Shown: positions 8,862-16,498 of the stretch, piece by piece | How positions within the stretch are numbered: the stretch's first letter is position 1 | How the letters are laid out: every line of letters starts with the position of its first letter | Source of the DNA: a virus | Lineage: Duplodnaviria > Caudoviricetes | IMG/VR virus record: IMGVR_UViG_3300033829_000001 | Span: 1-60,021 of that record | Reading direction: 5' to 3' (one strand) | DNA length: 60,021 nt | Notes under the pieces: generated by a model | Told to the model about the DNA's origin: nothing | The model's input: the letters and a program-made list of their open reading frames with translations, nothing else | Databases searched by the model: none | Translations under genes and position numbers: made by a program

Positions 8862-10691
8862 TTACTTTCTCCGAATTATGACGTAACCAGTGAGGAAAAA
8901 AGACCACAAGGCAAGAGCCGCGATTTCGTGTTGTTGATCCTGTATAGCTTTAGTCAATACGGCCGTCATTTGCATGTATCGCACGGTATGGACTTGACCG
9001 TCTTCTTCGAGAGTGACCAGTCGCGGATCTACGGCCTGGACTTCTTCCGCAACAAAACCAACCTGTTCGCCAGCATTGGTCAAATCCACGTTGCCATCTT
9101 CGTTCATGAAGTAACTAACCGGGTTCAGCGCCATGACTTCATCCAGCCCCGACTTAAACGCCAAGGGCTTGATGTCGTGCTTGAATCGGCGGGCTGAGAC
9201 CAAGCAGGTGCTCGACGGATCGTAGGTCAACGTGGACGAAGACCAGCATACGCTACCAGTCTGCGCAGCGGTGCTGGATGTCAGTGACGCCATGGCAATT
9301 GTGGTAGCGTTAGGAACGGTAAAAGTCGTCCCGTTGAACGTATCGACAGTGGAGCTAACGCTGAACGCATCTGTGTTGTTACTAAGGCACCAAGCAATGG
9401 TGCCGGTAGCCGTTAAATGAAAGCGAGCAGCAGTGGAACCACCGCAACTAGAGGTTCCCGATATACTAAGAGATGCATTAGAAGAAATTTGCCCAGTACT
9501 AGTAAGGGTACCCCCGAAAGTTGCTCCTCCGGATCCTAAAAACGTATATGTCGGATTGTTCGTGGTGTTGCCAAACGAGAGATTGGTGATGTTCGTGGTC
9601 GTGCCACGCGTTACGGTCATGGCGTTAAGGCCGGCCCCAAGAGCGTCAGTATATGTAGCCAAGCTCCATACACCGGAGTTAACGCATGTGCCCCACCAGC
9701 CTAGATTCGTGCCGGCGCCGGACTGATCCAAATAATCGCACGGTGCGGTCGCTACGACTTCATTGTAATTAGTGGCTTCTATAACCGTCCCAGTTACAGC
9801 GGCAGGCGTGGTGCCGCCGATCGCGGGCGGAGTCGCATAGTTCTGCGTCGCGAAAGTCCCCAGTCCAGTGACCTGCGTGCTAGGGATAGAGGCATTGGCA
9901 TCGAAATATGTCAGCAGCGCAGCAGGAGTCGTCTTCACATTAGCGCCGCTCTGCGTCATCGGTATGGACTCTGATCCTGTGATAGCCGATCCAGCCGACA
10001 ATGAACTGAACAACTCGAACGACGTCGCGCACGAGCCAGCAGAAGTCGTCACGGCGCCCGTCAGCGCAGGCAACTGAGAGCAGCTGAAGTTGGTCGCGGC
10101 AATAGTTGAGTTCACGAACGCATCGGTAGCCAGCTTAGTAGTATTGTCGGCAGTGGTCTGTGTAGTGGCCGTTGTGCCATTAGGCAACGCGGGGGTCCCG
10201 CTCAGGTTAGCCGCCGTGCCAGTAGTGTTCTGGTTCCACGTCGGAACTGTCCCGCCAAGCTGCGAGTACTGCACTTGCGCGCTGTTACAAGCTCCGCTCG
10301 CGGTTATACCCGTCGCATACTGCCCGGAAGTACACTGCGTGGGCGTCGCAGCCAGAGCAGTTGCCGTCGCAGCGTTGCCAGTGGTGTTCTGGTTAAGGGT
10401 CGGAAACGTCGCGTTCGCAAGGTTGATCGTAGGGCTACCGCTAATGGCGCCTGTGGATATACCTACAGTGAACGTCTGCAGAGCCGTCCATGAGTTAGCG
10501 CCGCCGAGCAACTGCGAACTGATATAAGACAGGATCTGCGCCGCGGTTAGTTTAACCGTCGTGCCTGACTGGTCGAATGGGGCGACCTCGGTCCCGGTCG
10601 GAGTGGAGCCCGCAGGCAGCGCTGTTATCGTAGTCTGTGCGAACGCCGTCACTGGGATCGCAGCTAGAAGGCCAAGCAGTATCTTTTTCAC
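8862..10691 (-). CDS. Fibre-like protein with signal peptide, C-terminal Peptidase_S74 intramolecular chaperone and TM anchor
   Basis: N-terminus MKKILLGLLAAIPVTAFA; fibre motifs (ITALPAG..GTEVAPFDQSGTTVK and a second copy; DNTTKLATDAFV); S74 motifs SARRFKHDI, GFVAEEV, VRY...LTKAIQ; C-terminus IAALALWSFFLTGYVII-RRK. Confidence 0.85.
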   Translation of the reverse strand: MKKILLGLLAAIPVTAFAQTTITALPAGSTPTGTEVAPFDQSGTTVKLTAAQILSYISSQLLGGANSWTALQTFTVGISTGAISGSPTINLANATFPTLNQNTTGNAATATALAATPTQCTSGQYATGITASGACNSAQVQYSQLGGTVPTWNQNTTGTAANLSGTPALPNGTTATTQTTADNTTKLATDAFVNSTIAATNFSCSQLPALTGAVTTSAGSCATSFELFSSLSAGSAITGSESIPMTQSGANVKTTPAALLTYFDANASIPSTQVTGLGTFATQNYATPPAIGGTTPAAVTGTVIEATNYNEVVATAPCDYLDQSGAGTNLGWWGTCVNSGVWSLATYTDALGAGLNAMTVTRGTTTNITNLSFGNTTNNPTYTFLGSGGATFGGTLTSTGQISSNASLSISGTSSCGGSTAARFHLTATGTIAWCLSNNTDAFSVSSTVDTFNGTTFTVPNATTIAMASLTSSTAAQTGSVCWSSSTLTYDPSSTCLVSARRFKHDIKPLAFKSGLDEVMALNPVSYFMNEDGNVDLTNAGEQVGFVAEEVQAVDPRLVTLEEDGQVHTVRYMQMTAVLTKAIQDQQHEIAALALWSFFLTGYVIIRRK

Positions 10692-10951
10692 TGGATAGTC
10701 CTCAAAGGCATACCACTAAGAGTAGTGATATTGATGCCCGTCAGGGTAGTTATATCATGCGAGCCGCCACTGGACGAACTGGAAGAGCTGCTGCCGAACG
10801 GCAGGGCGGTCGGGTTCATGAGTTTACCAACGCCGGCAATAGGACCGGCGACCGACGCCGTCAGAACCGGCGGGGCTTGTCCCGCAACTACGAACTTGCC
10901 CAACCCGATAAGCACTGTCACCGGGACAGTCAGCCGCAATAAGTTACGCAT
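10688..10951 (-). CDS. Small exported protein; the C-terminal ITTLTG-x2-ITTLSG repeat resembles fibre-adaptor tails
   Basis: Hydrophobic N-terminus, Ser linker, ATGA-coupled to the fibre gene. Confidence 0.65.
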   Translation of the reverse strand: MRNLLRLTVPVTVLIGLGKFVVAGQAPPVLTASVAGPIAGVGKLMNPTALPFGSSSSSSSSGGSHDITTLTGINITTLSGMPLRTIQ

Positions 10952-10955
10952 GGTG

Positions 10956-11315
10956 CTAACTATTGGAAATCACAGCGAGTTTATCGCCCGAGTTGACCGT
11001 GAAGTACTCCGGTACACCCGCATAGAACAGCGCACTGGTAGTCGTCGCAGTCGGATTCGTAGTGCCTATCTCAATCGACGCCGTAGCATCGCATACCACC
11101 CGTATAATATATGTGGCTGAATTGAACGCATTTGACTGAGTGCTGGTACCGGTTATAGCCACCGTCTGTTTAGCCACGGCGGGGACGGCCAGCGCGGTCT
11201 GGTATGTAACGTTCTTGTTGTACTGGTACTCTGTCACCCAGCAACTGGACGCGTGCGCTCCCGCCGAGCCCGCCAAGGCCGCAGCGGCGGCTAGAATTCG
11301 CATATAATTTTTCAT
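10956..11315 (-). CDS. Secreted beta-rich protein
   Basis: Signal peptide ending AHA; 2 Cys. Confidence 0.75.
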   Translation of the reverse strand: MKNYMRILAAAAALAGSAGAHASSCWVTEYQYNKNVTYQTALAVPAVAKQTVAITGTSTQSNAFNSATYIIRVVCDATASIEIGTTNPTATTTSALFYAGVPEYFTVNSGDKLAVISNS

Positions 11316-11318
11316 GGG

Positions 11319-11822
11319 TTAGTACCCGCTGCAGCTGAATTGGACAACGTCGCTCGTAGTCGCGATCGTGATTTTCAGCGTCGCAGCCGTGGTGCTCACC
11401 GGGGCTACGGTCTCACCGACCACGCCTGAAGTAATATCCACCACGAAGCACGCCCAGCCATGCGGGGCCGCAGGCAGTGTCAGGACGGCAGTGCTGGCAC
11501 CCGCGGTGCCCGTGCACAGGAAGCTGCCCGTGCGCGCGCCGCCAGTGAGGGTGCTGGTGGTAGCGCAAGCGCCGGTACCAGAGGCCACCACGAACGTCGC
11601 ACCAGTGTCCAACGCGCTGGCTGAGATCACGCCCGCGGCACTTACCGCCAGTCCGCTACCCAGGGGGCAGTCGAAACCGTAGGCAACGCCGCTCTGCGGG
11701 TTACACAGGACGCTGGTTGCATTCATCGGACCTACTTGCTGAGGACCAACCTGCCCGTCAGCCAGTACGGCACCAGAGAATAGAGTCGCGGCTACAAGAC
11801 AAGATTTCAAAAAATTTTTCAT
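11319..11822 (-). CDS. Secreted beta-rich protein, paralog of 48676-49092 and 47593-48651
   Basis: Signal peptide ending VLA; shared GG..G.F...GT / G(W/F).C...D(I/L)T / D....(F/Y).C..(Y/F) pattern. Confidence 0.8.
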   Translation of the reverse strand: MKNFLKSCLVAATLFSGAVLADGQVGPQQVGPMNATSVLCNPQSGVAYGFDCPLGSGLAVSAAGVISASALDTGATFVVASGTGACATTSTLTGGARTGSFLCTGTAGASTAVLTLPAAPHGWACFVVDITSGVVGETVAPVSTTAATLKITIATTSDVVQFSCSGY

Positions 11823-11849
11823 GGCGGCCTCGCAAAAATTAGTTGCGTG

Positions 11850-11878
11850 ATTCTAAAACGACGGGGGGATGTTGTCTA
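11850..11878 (-). promoter_or_regulatory. Sigma70-like promoter TAGACA-N17-TAGAAT for the secreted-protein/fibre cluster
   Basis: Near-consensus hexamers with 17-nt spacer just upstream of 11822. Confidence 0.6.
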
Positions 11879-11913
11879 TAGTAGAGCAGTCTGCGGGGAT
11901 TATATATGTATGT

Positions 11914-12501
11914 TTACTTTCTTCTGGAGAAAGTTCTGATGCGGTGGCAGTTCGCGCACACGAGATCGCACTTGCGCATCTCTGTAATGATCTTCTCTAA
12001 GCTGCTATTTAACATCCTAGAGATATCCCGATGCTTAGGACCGCGCTCTGGAACATGGTCAAATTCCATGGCATCAGGATGAAATTTACTGTGGCAGTCT
12101 TTGCATGGAGTGATCGCTTTATACCCACTGATAGCAGCTTTATTTCTGGCTACCTTAGCGGCCTGTTCGGCTCTCCTAGCTGCAATCCTTTCTTCTTGAG
12201 TGTATCGCAACACTTTCCTACGAGGTGGCTCGGTCAATGCCGTAGCTAGGTCCATCCCCCGCTGAAGCCTTTTTGTAATCGACGCTTCACTTATGCCTAT
12301 TCTCTTTGCATGCTCAGCGCGAGTCCCCGTGACGCCACCAGCAGTCAGTATCTCAACTGTATGCACGGGCGTCGTTGCTGCGCGGGCTCGGTCCCACTTT
12401 GCATTGAATACCCTGTTCTGCCAGCACGTATAAGTAATACCATGCGCTGCAGCAAGAGCTTTCCAACTCTTAAAAATTTTTCCATCGTACTCGATTTTCA
12501 T
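11914..12501 (-). CDS. HNH endonuclease with N-terminal repeated DNA-binding modules
   Basis: CKDC...EFDHV...CDLVCANCHRIRT. Confidence 0.85.
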   Translation of the reverse strand: MKIEYDGKIFKSWKALAAAHGITYTCWQNRVFNAKWDRARAATTPVHTVEILTAGGVTGTRAEHAKRIGISEASITKRLQRGMDLATALTEPPRRKVLRYTQEERIAARRAEQAAKVARNKAAISGYKAITPCKDCHSKFHPDAMEFDHVPERGPKHRDISRMLNSSLEKIITEMRKCDLVCANCHRIRTFSRRK

Positions 12502-12599
12502 ATGCGCCGGCCTTCAAAATTTATTATAGGCATACTGACATAGAAAATCATGTAAGTCAAGCGTGAGACAGATGAAGCCGATCGCCGCCCCCTACCCGT

Positions 12600-13050
12600 T
12601 GTCCAGCCCGCCATGCCCGCCCGGTGATAATACACACTAGTTAACATAATCATTCAGCAATCCCTATCAATGAGAGACATTGCAGCACTGTACCAAGTCT
12701 CTTAGGGTTCACGCTAGTTCACGCACAGTCGCGGGCTGGATGAGTTTGGCGCAACGCAGCGGGCTTCGAGCCTGTCGCGGGCTACGGGGGCAAGCCCCCC
12801 GTAACGCAAACGGACAACGATGTCCGAGCAAGCGTCTAGATAACCGCGTCATATTATGCGTAGACGGTAGCACCGAAATGGGTTCGCGGTTACTCCGCGA
12901 GTTATTGTCCCAGTTAGCTAGGCCCCTATTGACATTGTCAATAAAACGTGCTGTCACAGCCCGCGCAGTTAAAATTACCTGCGAGGATAGTGTGACTACC
13001 GGACCGTCTATCAACGGCGAAACCGAATCACTACCCGATAGGGCCTAGTC
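12600..13050. other. Hairpin-dense non-coding region (candidate ncRNA or cis-acting element)
   Basis: Stems include TACGGGGG/CCCCCGTA, CGGACA/TGTCCG, TAACCGCG/CGCGGTTA and CTAGGCCC/GGGCCTAG. Confidence 0.5.
12927..12943. promoter_or_regulatory. Perfect palindrome TATTGACA-T-TGTCAATA (candidate operator)
   Basis: 8-1-8 inverted repeat with TTGACA on both strands. Confidence 0.5.
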
Positions 13051-13063
13051 TCAAGTTTATAGA

Positions 13064-13238
13064 TATGTAGTAGTCACGTATGTACGTATGTATGCTGTAT
13101 GTATATAAGCACGTATGTATGTTGTACATTTTTGTCTAGGTACTTTTCCGGTTTTCTCTCTTCTGAGTATGTTGTACGTATGTTATATGTAGTACGTATG
13201 TACGTATGTACGTTGTATGTACGTATGTATGTCTACGT
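13064..13238. repeat. Degenerate TATG/TACG (GTATGTAC) short tandem repeat tract
   Basis: Directly visible; two blocks separated by a pyrimidine-rich spacer. Confidence 0.85.
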
Positions 13239-13292
13239 GAGGTAGCCAGAGGGGGAATGCGGAGCGGGCTAAGAGCTTGATTCTACTAATAC

Positions 13293-13409
13293 TGTCTATC
13301 TGTCTGTCTGTCTAGGTAAAATAGTGATTTATTAAATAGAGTATATGCTATATAAATCAGCTTCGCCCCAGCCGATTTTAAAATGACCTAGACAGCAGAC
13401 AGGTAGACA
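13293..13409. repeat. ~25-bp inverted repeat (13293-13317 / 13386-13409) around an AT-rich spacer; candidate origin or packaging site
   Basis: TGTCTATCTGTCTGTCTGTCTAGGT versus reverse complement TGTCTACCTGTCTGCTGTCTAGGT. Confidence 0.8.
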
Positions 13410-13452
13410 AACAGCCCGCGCTTGTGCATTAAACAGCCCGCGCAGCCCGCGC

Positions 13453-13481
13453 TTGTGTATTAAAATTGAGTACATTATACT
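13453..13481 (+). promoter_or_regulatory. Sigma70-like early promoter TTGTGT-N17-TATACT, overlapped by palindrome TGAGTA-N5-TACTCA
   Basis: Spacing and position upstream of the first + strand gene (GAGG RBS, ATG at 13513). Confidence 0.55.
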
Positions 13482-13512
13482 CACGAGTATACCTGTGGTT
13501 GAGGGTTATAAA

Positions 13513-13749
13513 ATGCTCTTACCGGACGCTAGCGCCGATCCGGCACTAGTACGCATGAAAAGATTGAGCCAGCGCATGGGCGCCTACAAAGCACAGTTGA
13601 GCCGGCTGACCAAAAAGCCTGATTTCGATCGTGCAACGGCGCAATTTCTCGTTGACCAATATAAGACTGCGCGGGCCGAGCTTGCCACGATTGATGCACA
13701 GCTACGCGCAATCGTTGAAATGGCAAGGTGGTCGCGAGAAAACAAATAG
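13513..13749 (+). CDS. Early hypothetical protein (coiled coil)
   Basis: GAGGG RBS; ATG at 13513 within ORF 13453-13749. Confidence 0.65.
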   Translation: MLLPDASADPALVRMKRLSQRMGAYKAQLSRLTKKPDFDRATAQFLVDQYKTARAELATIDAQLRAIVEMARWSRENK

Positions 13750-13805
13750 AGCAGCATCTGTAGCCTTGAGTCTAGGTCCTATCAACACTCAGGGAGTCTT
13801 ATGAC

Positions 13806-14009
13806 ATGCCTCGCACTATCGTCATTCATGGTCGTGTCTGCATTCTTGTCGGTCGTCGCTATTTCGCTGTACCGAAAACTGGCGAACTTACAGCGGACAA
13901 ACTGGCCAGTACATCTGCCTCGGGTATCGTTGGCAATCCGTACGAACGTATCCTCGCCCAAGGTGGCACGGCGCGCGTAATATCCAACGTCAAATGGAGG
14001 GGGGCCTAA
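13806..14009 (+). CDS. Early hypothetical protein
   Basis: GGGAG RBS. Confidence 0.6.
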   Translation: MPRTIVIHGRVCILVGRRYFAVPKTGELTADKLASTSASGIVGNPYERILAQGGTARVISNVKWRGA

Positions 14010-14151
14010 CTGTGTTTTATTTATTCGCTCTGGTCATTCTCGTGGCCGCATACATAGAAGACTAGCTATTCCATCACTGGCAGTCTGTTAACACGGGCTG
14101 CCATTGATGCAATTGCGCATCTATTCTATCCACCTATCGGGAGATTCGACC

Positions 14152-14382
14152 ATGTCTACCTCTATGGTAATTACTCGCGCTGCTCTGATCGATCGTAAGA
14201 ACGTCATTGAGCGCATTACGATCCTCGGAGCCTCTGGCATGAATGGACGCGCGTTAGGTCTTTCCCGCGCGCAAATGAGCAAACCTATCCGAACGGTGAC
14301 GCGTCATGAACTCTATAACCGCATGGCGCGCGTCACAGACCGCGCAGCAATTGCACGCAACAAACTGAGGGACATCCTATGA
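14152..14382 (+). CDS. Early basic hypothetical protein
   Basis: GGGAG RBS before ATG 14152; ATGA-coupled to the next gene. Confidence 0.65.
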   Translation: MSTSMVITRAALIDRKNVIERITILGASGMNGRALGLSRAQMSKPIRTVTRHELYNRMARVTDRAAIARNKLRDIL

Positions 14383-15401
14383 AAACCGTATTCAATTCCG
14401 ACATGGTCGCGCACACTTGGGCGCAGTTATCGCAGCCACACGGGCGCAATTCGAGTAACAGCATGCATTTCGACGGTCCGTTGGCGTACAGCTACCGGAC
14501 GCCAGTCGCGCACATTGTGAAAGGTACTGACGGCACGTCGGTTGCGCTGTTCACGTCGCGCACGTACAGCATTACAACCAGCAGCAGGCACATGCCCGCG
14601 TACCATCGGGCCGCGCGGCATTTGCCATACTTCAAAGTGCCGGACGTATTGAGCTACGCGAGTTCGCAGACAACACCAGCGGATCACGCTGACAATCTTG
14701 CGTACTTCCGCGCCGAGTTCGACAAAGAATCAGCGGCATTGCTGCGCGTGCCAGCGGATAGCTGGCGCGTTAAAGAGAATCACGCGCACGATACCCTCGC
14801 AAGCATGTCCACGATTGCGGACAGTTACTGCAAAGCGTTTGGCTTACCATCGCTCGCACTCGACTGGAACGCGGCAGCGGACGCGGCCATCGCAAGGCGC
14901 GACAAACTATTGAGCGATCCAAAACGCGCGGCCAAAATAGCAGCGGCAGCCGAAGCACGCGCGCGTGCTGAAGCGAATAAGCTAGAGCTACAGCGGTTAG
15001 CGCGTATCGAGCAAGCGCAAAAGCAGCTTGCGTATATACCGGAATGGCGCGCGCATGTTTTCGATGCTAAATATCGCCGTGTCTCGGATGAGCACGGCGG
15101 CGCACTGATTCGCCTGTCGCTTGACGGTCAGAGCTTTGAGACATCATGGGGCGTCAGCGATGTAGACCGACTGACAGGCGAAGGCATGATCCGCGCCTAC
15201 TTCAGAGGCATTAACCTAGTAGGCCAGCAAATCGGGCCTTTCACAGTGCGCAGTCAGGATGCAAACGGATTCGCGTTGCAGATAGGTTGCCATGACTTCA
15301 GCCGCGCCGAGCTAGAGCGCATGCGCGATAGCCTTGCGACCTTTGCAAGGCGCTGGGATTCCCTGGTGGCAGAGGAACGGCGGATATGGCTCGAAGGGTA
15401 A
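14379..15401 (+). CDS. Early hypothetical protein
   Basis: 340 aa; GAGG RBS; VAHTWAQ...YSY and IGCH motifs. Confidence 0.8.
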   Translation: MKTVFNSDMVAHTWAQLSQPHGRNSSNSMHFDGPLAYSYRTPVAHIVKGTDGTSVALFTSRTYSITTSSRHMPAYHRAARHLPYFKVPDVLSYASSQTTPADHADNLAYFRAEFDKESAALLRVPADSWRVKENHAHDTLASMSTIADSYCKAFGLPSLALDWNAAADAAIARRDKLLSDPKRAAKIAAAAEARARAEANKLELQRLARIEQAQKQLAYIPEWRAHVFDAKYRRVSDEHGGALIRLSLDGQSFETSWGVSDVDRLTGEGMIRAYFRGINLVGQQIGPFTVRSQDANGFALQIGCHDFSRAELERMRDSLATFARRWDSLVAEERRIWLEG

Positions 15402-15460
15402 AGGCTGCTGGAATTCCGCTGATCGAAATATCATCCGCCTTCCCACGTAGTAGATAGGTA

Positions 15461-15667
15461 ATGGACACCAAAGACATCCCGACACACGGCCCCTCTGATT
15501 GGCGGCGCGAGCCAAGCGAACGTCGCAACGCGTTTTTGGGAAAGCTGGCGCATAAACTGGCGCAAAGCCGATTACATGGCAGGAAATTTCAAAAGACCTT
15601 GCGCGCTCTTGCCCCCGAGGTATACCATTTCGAGGCCCGGTACAAACCAAGGCTCGTGATCAAATAG
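15461..15667 (+). CDS. Hypothetical protein
   Basis: AGGT RBS; 68 aa. Confidence 0.55.
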   Translation: MDTKDIPTHGPSDWRREPSERRNAFLGKLAHKLAQSRLHGRKFQKTLRALAPEVYHFEARYKPRLVIK

Positions 15668-15676
15668 AGGTATCTC

Positions 15677-16051
15677 ATGGCAACGGTCAGCAGCACGTCA
15701 ATTTCCACTGTTACTATAGCCGATGCTGAGAAGGCATTGAGCGCACTCGAAACGGCGTTCGAGGCCGAAAAAGCTAAAATTGTTGCTGTAGTGCAGCAGC
15801 ATATCGCTGTGCATCAGGCGCAAGCACAGGCCCATAGCGCCGAGGTTAGCGCAGCGCAGGCGATCCTAGCCAAAGCACTCCCAGCGGCTCAGGCGACGCC
15901 CACCGCTACGCAGGCTGCGGCTCTGGTCCTGACTGCTCCTAAGACAGTGCAAAAAGTTGTGGGATTCGTCGCGGCTCAGTGGCGTTGGTTCGTTCTGGGC
16001 GGCGCACTCACCATTTTGGGACTGGCGCACCACGCTGGTTTGCTGCGATGA
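15677..16051 (+). CDS. Coiled-coil protein with C-terminal TM anchor
   Basis: WRWFVLGGALTILGLA tail; GAGGT RBS. Confidence 0.7.
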   Translation: MATVSSTSISTVTIADAEKALSALETAFEAEKAKIVAVVQQHIAVHQAQAQAHSAEVSAAQAILAKALPAAQATPTATQAAALVLTAPKTVQKVVGFVAAQWRWFVLGGALTILGLAHHAGLLR

Positions 16052-16452
16052 AGCGCTTAGTTGGGCTAGCTGTAATGTTAGCTGTCGGGAGCGCCGAGGC
16101 ACAGACGGCGCCGACAGTGACCTTGACTGCTCCTGGCACGGCTGTATTCACATGGACCGCGCCCGCGTCAAATGGCGCAGTCATATCCGGATACAATTTA
16201 TATCAAGCTCCCACAAGCGCGGCGCTAGCTGCCATGTCATATGTAAACGGCTCGACGCCTACCGCATCGACCGCAGCTGGTACGCTGACTTATACGCTTA
16301 CCGGACTGGCCGCTGGGACGTATTACTACGCTGTGACAGCTTATGCATGTCCGAGCACGCCGTGTCAGGAGTCACCGCAGTCGGCGTCGGTCAGTGTACT
16401 GGTTGTGCCGGCAGCGCCGCTGGCGCCGTCTGGCTTGAAAGTTGCTCCGTAA
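16048..16452 (+). CDS. Secreted fibronectin type III (Ig-like) protein
   Basis: Signal MKRLVGLAVMLAVGSAEA; FN3 motifs FTWTAP, ISGYNLY, LTGLAAGTYYYAVTAY, ESPQS. Confidence 0.85.
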   Translation: MKRLVGLAVMLAVGSAEAQTAPTVTLTAPGTAVFTWTAPASNGAVISGYNLYQAPTSAALAAMSYVNGSTPTASTAAGTLTYTLTGLAAGTYYYAVTAYACPSTPCQESPQSASVSVLVVPAAPLAPSGLKVAP

Positions 16453-16498
16453 ATACTAGGCCCATGTAAAACGTAAGCACTATGGGCTAAGAATTGCA

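Noticed and set aside
12680-13048. ORFs 12680-13048 (+) and 12709-13014 (-)
   Set aside because: Non-ATG starts, no clear RBS and atypical composition; better explained as structured non-coding DNA
13064-13465. CRISPR or mini-array
   Set aside because: No constant-length repeats separated by unique spacers; the repeats are degenerate microsatellite, inverted or short direct types
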